Origin: Podarcis vaucheri
Lineage: Eukaryota
Length of the DNA: 64,000 nucleotides
Reading direction: 5' to 3' (one strand)
Assembly: GCA_965113315.1 (NCBI GenBank)
Contig: OZ220365.1
Below the pieces are notes generated by a model, which saw nothing but the letters and a program-made list of their open reading frames with translations, did not search any database and was not told where the DNA came from. A program made the position numbers and the translations under genes. Position 1 is the stretch's first letter. Each line of letters opens with the position of its first letter. Shown piece after piece: positions 12,356-27,000 of this stretch.

Positions 12356-12805
12356 TGTTAAGAAGTGTGCAGTTTGCACACAAGCCTGCAGTTCTCACAG
12401 GCTAACCTGACTCTCGGCATGAAACCTGGAAGCACTCCAGAGTTCATGTGAGAATTGCAGGCTACACACTTTATAACATGAGATAGAACAATGTCATCAT
12501 AACTAGCAGTCTTTCCCTTCATGAATTTGTATAAATCCCTTTAAAAACCATTCAAGTCCCATTATTTCTTTTTGGAGCAAATTCGATTGTTTAAATATGA
12601 ACTTTGTGGAAAAGTGTTTTCTTTTATCTGTACTGAATCTCCCATTCAGCTTCACCATATGTCCATAAGTTTTAGTATTATGTCAAGAGTGGGAGAAAAT
12701 CTCTCTTTCTCTTTACCTACATCATGTATAATCTTATTCATTTCTGTCATATTTTTTTTATTTCATTGATGAATCACTTTCCACGAGCCATTTGAAACAT
12801 CACAT

Positions 12806-12811
<6 letters not shown>

Positions 12812-12845
<34 letters not shown>
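12812..12845. repeat. (AC)n microsatellite
   Basis: Read directly. Confidence 0.95.
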
Positions 12846-12847
<2 letters not shown>

Positions 12848-12859
12848 CTCCAGTTAAGG

Positions 12860-13120
12860 TTGAACACTTGAGCATCCCCGGGGCTGTGGACCTGCTCCTT
12901 ACAGGGAAGTGCAAGCCCACCCAGGGCAGGACATTTCCCCACTTCTTGGACTCAAGAACTTGGGACCCATGACACCTCTGTCTTTTCAGGATTCAGCTTC
13001 AATTTATTGTCCCACATCCAGTCCATCAGTGCCTCTGGGTACCAGTCTATCACCTCAATTGCCTCTCCTGGTCCAGATGGAACAGAGAGAGAGTTGGGTG
13101 TCATCTGCATATTGGTGCAA
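12860..13120 (-). mobile_element. L2-type LINE reverse transcriptase fragment (frameshifted)
   Basis: Minus strand gives HQYADDTQL (RT YADD motif), then in another frame ALMDWMWDNKLKLNPEKTEV. Confidence 0.85.
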
Positions 13121-13460
13121 CAATCATCAGATGCAGCAGCAGTACCTGGAAATTCAATATCAGCAATTGAAACTATGGTACCAAAGCCAAGGTGAAAGAC
13201 TGGCAGTGATATCAGTAATCAGATGGTTGTGTTCATTCAGAAACCACCATGAAAATGGATGACTGATCCACTGAAGTGTTGCACAAATACATAGATTTTT
13301 AAAAAAATATTTAATAAATATCAGAAATAAATAGATGAAACATTGTCTTCCTCTAGGGTAACTGCCACCTGTTATCTGATGCTAGGGCTAAACACTCCAT
13401 ATCTTATTATATTGTGTCGAGATGCAATGCAATTGTTCTTCTTAATGACATGTGGAGAAC

Positions 13461-13662
13461 CAGTTCGGTTTGAGTGTTGGACTAGGATCTGGAAGACCAG
13501 GGTTCAAATCCCCACTCAACTATGAAGCTCATTAGGTAACCTTGGGCCAGTCACTGGCTCTAAGCTGAACCCACCTTACAGGCTTGTTGTGGGGATTAAA
13601 TGAAGACGGAATAACCGTGTATGGCACCTTGGGTTCCTTGGAGAAAAGGGTAGGATATAAAT
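13461..13662 (+). mobile_element. Older Squam3-like tRNA SINE (another degenerate copy at about 62520-62705, minus)
   Basis: gagtgttggactagga...ggttcaaatccc B box, and the accttgggccagtcac core shared with the 3235 element. Confidence 0.7.
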
Positions 13663-14899
13663 GCAAGCAGCAACAACAAAAGGGGGAAAAGGTGTGTAGT
13701 GAAGTCAAATTACATTGCTGCATAGTTGTTTGTATTTGTAAGACCATGCAAAATGTGATGTTTGGGACTCAGTTTCTCTGATAACACAACGTGTCAGCCT
13801 TTGCAATACTAATATGATAATATTGGTCCTGTCTTTCCAAAATCTGGCACCTTGAAGGCAAGCTGCTACAGACCTGGGCCCTTCAACTGTGATAGTCTGG
13901 AGTTGCTACAAACACCCTTTTCCACCATGGCAAATGCAACCAGTAAGGTTTGGGGTGCTGATCTTCCCTCCACTGCGTATTCCATCTCCGGGGTTTGGAA
14001 TTCTCTGTGACTTATTGGGAAGGGAACAACGGGTCAGCTATCTTGGGGTTAGCATCAGAGGTCAGCATTGTTGGGCATGGGCCAAGGTTCACACCCCAGG
14101 AGAAGGCCCATTCCCAACCCCTGGATCCCACTGGCTCTGCTGATGCTCCTCCTTACTGTTATTGTCTGTTCACCTGTCCCCTTTAACAAAGTGAGCAGCA
14201 GCAGGAACAAGGAAATGCAGCAGCAGCACCATCTTCTCGCCATGCCTGTTTCCTCTGGACTGGGCTCAAACGGAGAGGGGCAAGTGAATGGGCAGCACTG
14301 ACAGCAGGGAGGGAATCCCCACCCAAATAGTGCTGAGTTTTCTAAATCCTTTGTTAGCATCCATACCCTTTTCATGAACTGCCAAATACTGGCAACAATA
14401 CTACCCAAGCCTGTGAAAACTCTTTATCACTTTCTTTTCCTATTAGATTTACTAGTCTACTTTGTTGAGATGAGAATAATAAGCTACGATTAGCTTATAA
14501 ATATCCAGCTCTGGAGATGATTTGAAATTCACTCTGTGCAGATCTTTATCACCTTATAATTGGATGCTTCCTATATCCAGGCACCCTGGCACACGGTCAG
14601 CAATGAAGCATAAGCCACAAGCCCTGCACGTTCCTTGAAGCACATCAATAATGGCATCTCCATTCACAACAAGGACGGAGTGCTACCAGAGCAAAATAGT
14701 ATATTTCATGCATACAGTAAAGCAGCGAAAATGAAGTGGTGGTATATGATGCACCCCAGAATGGCTGCTTGTTAAAATCAGTGCTGGTACACAAAGACAT
14801 CTCAACAGGTGCTCCTGTTACCCTCCCTTCTGTTTAAACTGCTATGCTAGACAGCCTCTGAACAGCCGGACAATCCTGGCTTTCCAAGAGGGGAATGAC

Positions 14900-15232
14900 A
14901 AATATCATTTTCTAAAATACCTGAAATGCTTCACTTTAAACCAATTTGTACAATAGCCTGTTTCAAGCGAAAAAGAATAATTGTTCTGTGCAGATCCATG
15001 AATTCTACACTGTTTGAAAATCCCTGCCATCTGACGTAGAGGGATTTATAGGTTTAGTGGAAATTGCTTTCCCCACTGTCCAGATTAAATACTGTGGGAT
15101 GATTTTTCGTATGAGTAAACATCCTTTCAATAATGAACAGACTGATAATGTCTTAAAAAGAGAAAAAGGATCTTCATTTTGGTTTTCTTCTTCTTTTGTG
15201 GACTATTTCCGGACATAAGACCAGAGGATATC
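14900..15232 (+). promoter_or_regulatory. Probable GABRR1 proximal promoter / 5' UTR
   Basis: Positional only: repeat-free sequence directly upstream of the first ATG. The TSS cannot be located from sequence. Confidence 0.4.
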
Positions 15233-15354
15233 ATGTTGACTGTTCATAAAATGCAGTTTAGCATTTTCTTGCTGTTTTGGGCATGGGTTTTGTCCACAGA
15301 ATGCAGAGCTCACTGGCAAGGGAAAGAAATTCACGAAGTCTACAAGAAAGGCAG
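15233..15354 (+). CDS. GABRR1: GABRR1 coding exon 1 (signal peptide)
   Basis: Encodes [40 protein letters not shown], resembling the mammalian rho1 N-terminus; donor AG|GTGAGT. Confidence 0.95.
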
Positions 15355-18300
15355 GTGAGTTGAATTGTCAATCTTCAGGGTGAGAGATGATGCAGTATTT
15401 CAGATGAACAAAACGGCCTTAATGGGTCAAACTAGCTGCCTCACATTTGTACAAGAGATCTTCTGTTCTTTGCTTTTAATGCTTTGTGTTGCTCCCTTTT
15501 CATTTAGTGTTGTGCATTTTTACAACTCAACGTACCAGATGAACAAATGAAAATTCAATTTACTATGGCTTTCTAGCTTTATGGAGGAGAAGCAGGAGGA
15601 GTTTAACTGGCATTTATTAATCAATATTTTAATCAACGTATTGATATTACTGAAGGACTGTGACTAAATATAGATATAGATATTTTACAAGATATTACAG
15701 ACAGATTCTAATGTTTTTCAGTTTCTAATTTTGAATACATACCCAACACATAAAGAGGTATGTTGTTTAAAACTGCCATGATAATCTTCTTTGAGTGTCA
15801 TGCATTCAACTTTCTATGTATATGCCCATTATAATTATTAATATTTACTTATATTGTATTAGTGTTTTGAAGGGGAAATCAGTCAAATCAGATGGCAAAC
15901 TGTTGTGGAAAAATAGGGAAAGTTATAAAATTCCCTCTAGATTCCTGATCTGCTTATTTCTACAATGAAGATGTGTTATTTTTCTTGGGCTGATATAATA
16001 AGGAGAAAACATACAATTGTTGGAGATCGGAAGGGATACTGATGGTCCATATATTTTTATCTGTTCAGTATTTCTAATATTAACTGCCAGTTGCCCAGTT
16101 CACCATTTTATTGTGGGCGAGCAGGGTAAGTGCTTGTGCAGATTAGCTCAGAGACTGTGACATTGTAGTTTTCATTACAAAAACTGTTATCTAAGACATA
16201 TGCTAAGTAAGATAGCCATAAGTCTCTTAATTTTAAATACCAGTTTTGCATATTATTTCAGCATAAGCTGTGAAAATGATTGCAATTAATAGAGTTGAGC
16301 GTGTTGTTGGTGGGGAGAATCTAACATTTTTAAAGCAATGTAACCCCACTGATTTAGGAAGGCCAAGAGGTTCAGTTTCAAAACTATTACTGCAGTATCA
16401 GTATTTGTGTTAATAGTTTATATCCTAAGATAAGTTAATTTAAGGAAGTTTGTGGAAGGAAAGTCCCCTCTGCACCCCATGGAAAGCCTCTCCAGAAGGC
16501 CAGGAGGGCACAACCTGAACAGTGTGGGGTGGGCAAGAGGGTTTTGTGGCAGAGGGAATTGACCTATATGAAGAGCTCTGCCTGATGTCAGGGTCAATAG
16601 CCCCCTCCCGTAGCAACCTCTTGAACATGTGATCACACAAGAAGAGCCTGCTGCTTCAGGCCAATGGGCCATCTAGTCCAGCATCCTGTTGTCACAATGG
16701 CCAACCAGATGCCTGTGGAAAACTGGCAAGCAAGGTCTGAGCCGGAGAGCACTCTCACCTCCTGTGGCTTCTAGCAACTGGTATTCAGAAGCAGTAACAC
16801 GTCTGGCTTTGGGGACAGGCCATAGCCATCATCTCGCAGTGGAAGGACCCCTGACACTCCGAAGAGGCTTTTCAGGGGCCTACACAGCGGAATAACTTTT
16901 CTTCTATTAACTCCCATAAATTATATTCAGATCCAAGCCTATGAAATGCTTTCAGGGCTGGTATCTAAATAGGTAATCATTCGCAGCTGAATGATTAAAT
17001 TGATAAATTGCCACAGATACTAAAGAAAAGTGACATTTGCTAATTTTTACTGCCAAATAGATTAATACAGTGTAAGCGAGTGGAGCAAAACCTTCAGAAA
17101 CGTGTGTGGCAAAGACACTTAGTGTGCAGTTCTAATGCTGCTTACCTGGAAGTAGCCTCATTGAATTCAACAGGACTTACCTCTGGGTAGGCAGGTTTAA
17201 TATTGCACTGTCAGGCAGTGATCTATGATGTGAAAAGGGTGTGTATTATAATTTAGTGATTATTTGCTTAATATTTGCTTTTCAAACACATACACCACCA
17301 CCACCTGGCCTAGGACAGGCCTTCAAGGACATAAATCGCTGTCCTTATGTTCTCTTCTGAAATGTTGGAAGATATATTGATGCTTAAATTGCCTGATCCG
17401 GTTCATGCTTTCCAATAATCATACTTTTGTGTATGCTGCAGCTGACATTGATCTCAATCGTGCTAATTTCCATTTCAAATTGTTTTCCATGGCATGTAGG
17501 AGCACAGAAAAGAAATGGAAAGCTACAGAAGTCTGTGAAAGAAAGCAGTAATTGTTGGCCCAACAGCCAATTGGCAAGACATAAAGGAGTCATCAGGTGC
17601 CCTGTATTTATTCCAGGAGTTCTGAAAGATTCTATTAACTGGTTGCATATTGGAATGACATGCACCTGATATAGTCTGGGCAGAGAAACTAGACACAGGA
17701 GGGGACAGCTTGTACTTTCTCCCATGCTCTGCAGGAGACTGGGCAAACTGGACCTAAGAGCACATCAACAATTACAGATAGGTTGTCTAGTAACAGTCCA
17801 GAGCAAGAAAACAAATAAGAAAAACAGAGAGATGAGAATCTTATATATTCCACAGAATAAAGTACTGGTTAAAATAATTCTAGTAGACTTGTTTCACACC
17901 CACACCCATACCTCATATATGGGACTTGCTAAATATGCCTGGCCCATCAAAAGAAAATTAGGAAGCTTAGATTTGTAAATCATCAACCAAAAATGTACAT
18001 CGTAATATGATGCATGAAGACTAAGGGTAGATCAGGATTTGGCTTCCAACAGGGAGGCTGTTTTTACTGATAAAAAGCATTCCTTCATGAAATGGGAATG
18101 TTCTGTTGGAGTGGGCAGTGGGGGGGGGCAGGACCCAATGTGGTGCTGATACTGATACCTGATGTACTGAAATCAGGACATTGCTTTTGGAAAGTTCTCG
18201 CAGACCCTGGAAAAGGGATTGTTCACACTGGATCAGGTAATGGGTGGAGACAGGGTACCTACTTTCCAATTCCTAATATAATAAAGCTACTTTTATTTTC

Positions 18301-21300
18301 TTAGGGCAGGGATGGGAAACCTGTGGCCCTCCAAGTGTTATTGCGCGCAAGCCTGTCCCGCCCTTCCCCTTTTCTGGTGCCAAACACTGTGCGCACATGC
18401 ACAATTGTAGATACATTGAACGTGCGCAAAATGGGAGCTGCCTGTACAATACTTTTGCTTTTGGTTTCCTTTCAATATTGAGTTTGAAACAAATTATACT
18501 GACAACAATGTATCATGACTGTGGCCTTGCCTTTTTCTTTCCTGATAGTGACATTTTCAAAAACATCACCACCCAACACAATTTTGCCCTGAAAGATTTT
18601 TATTTTGCAGCTGTTTTCAACTTTGTCTCTGGTTTCTAGAAAAACCATGAGTTCCATGGATGGCCCCACCATAAGGATGCCTTTCTTCAGTTAATTCTAA
18701 TTTGATGTACTTAAATTGTCCCATATGTACTTAAATTCTAGCTAGTGTTCCCATGAGAAGACGCCAAAACTATTCAACTATTATTTACAGCTTTTGCCAA
18801 CCTGGTACCCTCTAGATGTTTCAGCCCATTCCAGCAAAAAAAAAAAAACAACAACAACAAAAAAACAAACAAACAAAAAGCAAACAAACATGGAAAATCC
18901 AGCATAGAGATAAAAACTAAAACCAATATAAAGCCATCAGTGGGATAAGGTTGGCCTTTAAGTAGGGGTAGGGAAGCACCTCAGCAACAGGCTGTCTCTG
19001 ACTTATGGCTATTTGTTTCAACATCTGAAACAAGTGTATGCCTACAAGTGTAAATGAGTAGGAAGCTCACCGTGCAGTAAGGAAACATGCAAAGGCAAGG
19101 TTCCTGAGTGCGCAGAGGTGCTTGCCATCATCATCTAGATGGCCAGCACCAACGTGGACACTGATTTTGAGGGGGGATGAATCAGGAGGGTCAGAAGAGG
19201 CAGTAGCACAACCCACAGGTGCTAGACCAAGTCCAGTAAGCAGAGACCTTCAGAATCAGACATGCTTGGACTGGAGACCCCTGAGCTAGGACCACCAGTC
19301 ACTGCAGCTTCCAAGCTGGACTCCATCATGAAGCCAGAATCATTGCCTTTAAGGGCCTCAAATGCCACTGAGAACGTTCACCACAAAAGGTAGTGTGCTC
19401 AATTAAAAAGAATGGAGAGATGACAGTGTATCAGACTCCAGGACAGAGGGCTGAACCTGTAGGAGTCCAGGGAAGGGTAGTCAGGGCCAATAGAACAGCT
19501 CAGTTCCTACACAGCACTTGTTGGAGTTGTCTTATCTCAGGGTCCTGTCCAGGGTCCTGAAATATATATCTCTGGTCACCATTACTTCCTGATTACTATT
19601 ATTGACCTTTTGAATTACACTGCCTTTGCTTGTCAGTCTCTTGCTCTTGCTACTTGCTCAGGATTACTGCTAGATCTGCTTCTTCCAGACTCCACTGTGG
19701 GCTCAGTCTTGAAGTTGATCCTTCTGCCTGTGCTCCTATGGGAATCTAATCTGCCTTGTCCCAATTTTGTTGGAGTTTGTATGTTCCCAGCACTGAGAAA
19801 CAAGGCAATGATTATTTCTAGGGCCTTAAATATCTTATTTTCCTTGTGTGTGCACTGCCTTATCAGAAGCAATTCCCCCTTTCCCCAAGTTCAATGGGAC
19901 TTACTCCCAAGTATAGGATTTTTTGGGCCTTGGATAACGATGGTACAAATGATATAGATGTGGTGAAATAACTAAACCAAGTTACTACAAAGGCTAATAA
20001 CCCTTGGCTTAAGTAAAACTTTTTTCCCCTCACTTAAATAGTAGTGTTGTCTCTCAAGTAGGTTCAGTATCATTATTCATGCCTGGCTGATGAAAAAGTG
20101 ACATCAGAAGACAGGCTGTGTTGGGGCACAAAGTGGTTCGGCACCCTCTGCCCAAACACCTTTTCTGCTCTGTAAATTGTGTCCCACACACCACTGTCTG
20201 TCTCAGGAAGGGGGAACCTCTACCTTTCCAGTTCTTGTTGGACTCACAGCCAATGAGAAATCAAAACATTTTCTGATCCTTAGTTCCTCCAGATGACATG
20301 TTTATTGAGCTTGCATAGCCTGATCTGCTTGCACAAAGCTTACATGGAAGTTATACCATGTACAGTCTTTATTGAGCATTTGCTCTGATTTGTGGGGAGG
20401 CTATATGCCAACGAGCATTCATTCTGATTTGCTTGCCACTATGGTTATATGGCTCCCTGTTAATCAGTCTTCTCTCCCACACTTTGCATTTCATTTTGCC
20501 TAACTGCAAAAAGTCCTTTAAATAAAGGTGGATTTGTTGTGCCAGAACACCCTGATCCACTTTATTTGCTCAAATCTATCCTTGTGGTATACAGCTGAAT
20601 TCCTCCTTTTTGCAATTTTAATTGCAAAAAGTACTGACGGTCTGGAAGAACCCAGTTATTTTGCTAACAGAGCTTCCTGAATTGCCAAACAGGAGCAGAG
20701 CCTCCTTTTGACTGGGTTTTCTTCTTTTACTGCACCCATAGGTGGACTTCTTATATAAATGACTGGGTGAGGCAGAACAGTTAATGGGTGACAACTAAGG
20801 TGTAACTGGACAACTAAGGTGTAAGGCATGGAAATTTTCCACCATTGCAACTTCCTGCGCACAATCTTGGCACAAGCTAGGATAGGGATAAGGATGGGGA
20901 TTTGCCTTAAAGAAGGGCTAGAGGGGTTCTGAAATGAATTCTTTTACATGCACAGGCTGGAAAGCCTGCCAAAGGGGAGGAAGGTGAAGTGGGGGGGAGG
21001 GGGGACTCCCACTGCCACAGAGCAGCCCCACTTCGTTCCTGTGCTGCCACTAGAATCCCACTGTGACCCAGATTTAATCTATTTTTACCTCTCTTGTTTT
21101 ATCGTCTTCCTTTTTTCTGCTCTGCATTTCCCTACTGCATCATTTCTAACAGCAGTCACACCTACTAATCTTCCCTGTCCTTAGCTCTTTGCTCTACTGC
21201 TGATAGTTATTATTTCCCTTATGAGTTGGTTCTCATAGAATTACCCCAAAGCAATTCAACAGTAAAAATATGTAAAAAACAGTAAAAAAGAATTTCAAGT

Positions 21301-24043
21301 CTAACACAGATACAGACTGGGATTTTTATTTTTTATTTTAAATGATCTTCACTTAAAAGTATTGTTGGGAAAGGAAGGTCTTCAACAGGTGCGAAGAAGA
21401 TAATAGAAAAATACACTACGAAAGACTGGAGAAGTGATACCCATCTCCTTTTACTTTTTGTAGGTTGAGTTTATTATTAACTCCTTCTTCCCCTTGTGAT
21501 TTTTTCTCTGTGATGGCACTTGGTAAACTACTTGTTCCTCCAGCCCAGAAATGGAAACCTGCAGCCTTCAACGCATTATTGTTGGACTTGAACTTCCACC
21601 AGCCCCACTCAGAATGGCAAATGGTTAGGAATGATGGAAGCTGCAGCCCAATAACAACTGAAGGGCACAGCTTTGCCATCCTTGCTCTAGCCTATGTACC
21701 ACATTTTCTACTTGGTGACATTCCTGCTGAGATACAACAAGCTACCACCACCCACTTCCTGCACTTTCTGTAAACAAGTGAAGACATTTTTGTTCCAACA
21801 GGCTTTCACAGCTGGACAAGTGGGTCTTTACCATGAGTGTCCTCTTGTTAGGGTTTCAGTCTTTTTCTAAATGTACCTGTTGTTTTGTGTTTTTAACTAT
21901 CATCTATGTAAATTGCCCTGAGAAATCAAAGATGCTGATGATAATTTCTTCTTTCTACCACTTGCACAACCTAAGCATCTTTCCACTGTCACCATCTTCC
22001 CGCTTCTTGAATTCACCCTAATGCATCTCTCCATCTCTACTGAGAGGACCTGTCCATCTGTCTTTCCTCCCGCCAACATTCTCTCTCTCTCTCTCTCTGA
22101 TTGGATTTTTTTATCAACTTTTATCAGAACTGGGATGGGTGGGGGAGGAAAGTTTTATGTCATTCAGAAAGATAGTTGTCAATATTGTGTTGCTTCCAGA
22201 GATTATGAAAAAATAAAATCGATAAGATTATATGATTTGGCTTACTTTTTGCCTTCCTCTGTTGTACATCTTGCATTGCTTGACTGAGCTATTTGAAGTT
22301 ATTCGCTCATCAAGCACCTTTTGCAACACCCTTTCATTGTGGTGTGCAAAACTGAAAGTTAGGCTCACAGGATAGGATCCAGAAGAAAGAAGCTTGGCAG
22401 CAGTACTGGAGTCACTGTAAAGAACTTGCAAGAGATTGTGCAGTTCCTTGTGCAAAATTGAAGCACACCTCAGAATTTCAGTTCCCTTTTCATGTGCAGC
22501 TATCCTTTGCTAATTCAGAAAAGGCCTCAAGAGCAACCCTAATATTATTTCTGATTAACAGTGGGAAAATTATTCAATAACTTCTTTTAAGGTAGTGATT
22601 TAATTAAAGTAAAATAATACCTTCACGTTCTATTTGTACCATAGTTACACTTTTGGAAGACTGAAAAAATATGTTCTCCCTGATAGGGAAGTGATGATTG
22701 CACCAGGATTTGAGAACGATTGTTTCTTAAAGTGCTTGTAACTTCCACTTTATTAAGTAACTATCACTTGTAACACAGAATCCTGGAGTTGTGGACATTT
22801 CTTTTCCTTCTCATCACCTCTTTAGACCTTTTCAGTCCTAGTATTGCCAGTGCTTAAAACCAAAAATTCTCAAAGTCGAATGCGCCCTGAGGCCAGGGTT
22901 TATGTTACAGGGGGACAGGCCTTATGTTGGGAGGAGGGCACAACTAAGCTGTCCGCAATGCGACTGGTCAGTTATTTAAGTATTTTTATTTACTTTATTT
23001 TATTTACTTGGCTATGCCCATGCCCAGCATTGGGCAAAAGGCAGATGAAATTTGGGGAGAGGGAATCCAACAGTTTTTGGTGGGTTGGGTTTTGGGGAGG
23101 ATAACCTAATGTGGAAGTGTTTTTCCCCCACATGTATGAACCAAGCCCAGCAGTAAAGCTGTCTATTCACTTGTAAAAAAAAAAAAAAAAACAAACCACC
23201 TGATCCCGTTTACCTTTCCTGCAACTGGACCATGAACAAAAACCTAAGTTTTTCTCTGACTGGTTGAAATACCTACGATTGAGGGTGCTTCCAGATCATA
23301 GCTGTCAACTTACAGATTTGAAAATAAGGGACCAGCAGCCAAAATAAGGGACCTGCAGCCTAACCTGTTCCAGGCACTCCAGTCTTCCTGTCCTCCTGCA
23401 GTCTGGTCAAACTCATGCTGGGTAGCTTCGAGAACACTGTCCAACCAACTTTGTAACCAGAGGTTCAACTGAATAGAATCTGAATCACATGCACCACAAG
23501 GCCTATGCAGCCTCAACTTAAGATGGCTCCCCTTAAGATGGCCTGGCTTTGCACTGCAAAGTTTGCAGCAGCACATGCAACAAAATGGCATCCAGCATTC
23601 AAAAACCCCCTCAGCTTGCATTAACTAGCCACACACAAGGCATGCAAGTTTCACCCCCCAGTCGTTCTTAGACTTCTTATTGGGTGAGCAACACAGCCAA
23701 GCAACACAGCTGGAGCCTCCCTCCTCCCTGGCCAGCAGGGAGGGAGAGAGAGGAGCTGCTTCCTTTGAAATTTAAGGGACATCATTTAGGGGACATTTAA
23801 GGGACATCCATCAATAAGGGACAGCAGCGGGACATGGCGCTGGAATAAGGGACTGTCCCTTCAAATAAGGGACACTTGACAGCTATGTTCCAGATGGGTC
23901 TTTATTGTGGGGTAGGCACACCTCGCACATGCATATTTTTTTTACAGCATCTACATGACGTTTCTGGCATCAAAATGGCTCCCATATCTCTCCCCCCCCA
24001 ACCCTTATCAGATTTGCCCATTCCAGGAAAACCCCAAAACTGT

Positions 24044-24097
<54 letters not shown>

Positions 24098-27000
24098 GTT
24101 ACCAATGTTTTGGTAATGTTTTACAATAGTAACCTTGCCCCATCTAGAAGTCCCCTCAGGTTCCCCATGTTGGAACATGCAATATGATGCCACTTGTTTC
24201 AATATTGCAATGGTCCTGTTTCATAAGTAATGTATTGAGCAACTGCTCAACATAGTGGTGTTCTGCCAAGTGCATGGGGGCAGACTGTTGCTTCATAATG
24301 GCTCTAGAGAACAAACCAAAGGCTGGGCACAGCAACTGACCCCTCAGTCCTTGGTGGGATAGCTGTACATTAGGCACAAGTACTGCATCACTACAACTTA
24401 AGTTGATCCCTAGACTTGAGGTGCTAAACTAGTATCCTATTTACTTCTATTTACTTTCTTTGGCTGCTTCCAGGCAACTTGTTCATTAAGCATTCATCTT
24501 GATTACTTTGCGCAAAGTTTGCAGGGAGTTATACACACCAACATTCATTCTGGAATGAATTCATTCAGCATTCATTCTGATTAATTTGCAAAGACGCTAT
24601 TATATGATGTTACATCAATGAATTGTTATCCTACAGTCTCCAGTGCACCCTCCTGTCACTTTCCTTACAAAAAGAGAGAGTCCAATTTCTTAATTGTGCA
24701 ACCTGATTTTACTGTTATGTGAGGAGAAATCAAGAACAGTTAAGAAATGCTTCTTTCAGTACATCCCTTCTCTAGGCTCCACTAATCCTTGATGAGTTCA
24801 CATGGTCAGTCTTTGTTTAAATAAGTCACAATCTACCCTCTTGTCAGATGAGCAAAATACAAGATGCAAACCCCATAATAACTAAAAAGCTAGCTCACAA
24901 CATTATGTCATACTCTATGCCTGAACTGTGCATATAAACACAAGTAGCCCCTGCCCCCAATGTTCCTGTCTGCTCCCCCACCCCTGACCTTCCCATATTG
25001 AACAGGGGTCCTAACCACACAGAGACTTCAAAGCATGTTCACATGAACACGCATGAAAAATACCCTTCATACCTTTACATGCAACATGCATGGGGGAAGC
25101 ATGTTGGGGACAGGGCTAGTATGTGCACCCCCCTGCCATGCCCCATACTTGTGTTGCATTCCCCTTTCAGGCATAACAGAGCAAGGCTTACTATGTCTAA
25201 GAAACTCAGGGAGGGCTTTTATGCTACTGCTTTCTGCAGAGCACACTATTGTGCCTCCTGAAGAACGAGTATGAAAGCTATACTAGATAGGACATGGGAG
25301 TTTCATGGCTGGAACTCCTGACCACCTGTTTCTTTGGACAAATCAAACAAACTTTGTGGGTATTTGGATCAGGGCTAGAGCTCACAGCAAACCTCCTAAC
25401 TCTTTGGTCATATCCATGCCATACATGGCTTCCTCTCAAAGGATCCTGGGAACTGTAGTTTGTTACAGGTGCTGGGAACTGTAGCCTTGTTAGGGGTAAA
25501 CTACAGTTCTCAAGATAATTGGGAGAAGCATTATGTTTTAAATGTGGTTTCAATGTGTGGTGTAGATGTGACCTCACACCCAGACTCTGATCCAGATTTC
25601 CCTTTCTGGGAATAATTTATATTAGTGGCTGAGTGGGAAACAGACAAAAAATTAATTTGCTAGTCAGGATGAGTGAGGAGTGGGAATAGACTCAGATAAG
25701 AGATGGGAGCACTAACCCTCCAACACCACTCAGACATGGCGGGTACAGAGCTATTATAATAGCAGGGATACTGGGATGTGCAGGGGAGGGGAGGGGAGGC
25801 CCGTGAAAGGTAGTTTTTAAGGCACCTGGCAGGCCAAAATCTGACTGCAGAATTGCATTCAGCTTGGTCACAGGTTCTACAGGCACCATTGGCAGGTGTT
25901 AAGCTGCTGCTAAGCCCCTCTTTGACACTTTTTCTAAAGCTAATTGGCCGCCCAACCTCCTGCACACTGGGGCTGGGGCAGGGGGAGGAATTCTAAACAG
26001 GATCATAGCTTCGTAGGAACTGGTTACAACTCCCCTCTCTGTGCACTACAACCCTGATGAAAACTAGGAACTTCTGCACTCAGGGTTTTGTTCCAGGGGA
26101 TCTGTTGATTGACCATTTATCATGATTTGTTCCCACAACTTTTCAGAGAGATTAGATGTTGCCTGTGTATTGAGCATTCATTCCAATTTGTTTGCATGAA
26201 GCAACTGTTCTACCACACTTTCCAGCACATTTTCATGTCACTTTCCTTATTGCAAAAAATATCTGCTGAGGGGCAGGTTGTTGCACAAGAGTGCAACCTA
26301 AGTTTGCTGATCTGTGATTGAATCCCACCCAATTATGGTATCAATATGGACAATCCAGGATCAGTTCCAGGTTTGGGAACCCTTAGGAAAGTGCTTTCTA
26401 TGAAACCCCTCCTACATGGGTCCCCCACCTCCTCCAGCCACAAGCTGACCTGCTGGTGGCAATGGCAGTCAACTGTGAGTCAGGGTTTTAAATGTCCCAC
26501 AATGCCCGAAAGCAACCAATGTAGCATTTGCTCCTGGGCATTGTGGGAAATTTAAAAGACAGCTTGTTGTTGCATGCTGTCCAGGACATTTTTTGCTGCC
26601 AGTGGGCTGTCCAAGTGGGCACCCTGTCCGAGGGTATCAGGAGTCAAGAGGCAATGCTTGTTTTGGTTTATCTTACTGCAGCATTTGGAAGGTTTTCAGT
26701 TCCCCTGCAGCTTAGTTCACTTGCTTGAGTCATCTATATTTGTTCTACTGACCTCCCTTCACCTCCAAGGCATCGGTTGGCACATTACACTTTGAACCTT
26801 TTTGCTTTCTTTTTATGGTACACTATTAATCTGGATTAGATGGGTTGAACAGTTACAAATGTTTGGCAATGAAGAGCCTGGTTCAGTAAAGGAATTGGCA
26901 TTGAATGATACTTGGCTTTCAGAGCCTTACAATCCTATAGGCCAGTGGCGGCCAAACTTGGCCCTCTAGCTGTTTTGGGACTATAATTCCCATCAACCTT

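Noticed and set aside
1-15000. GABRR2 exons, expected upstream from vertebrate synteny
   Set aside because: No Cys-loop receptor peptide is visible in the ORF track or by eye; the gene presumably lies before the window.
23770-23880. CRISPR-like short repeat array
   Set aside because: Eukaryotic context, irregular spacing and 7-9-bp units; these are hAT subterminal repeats.
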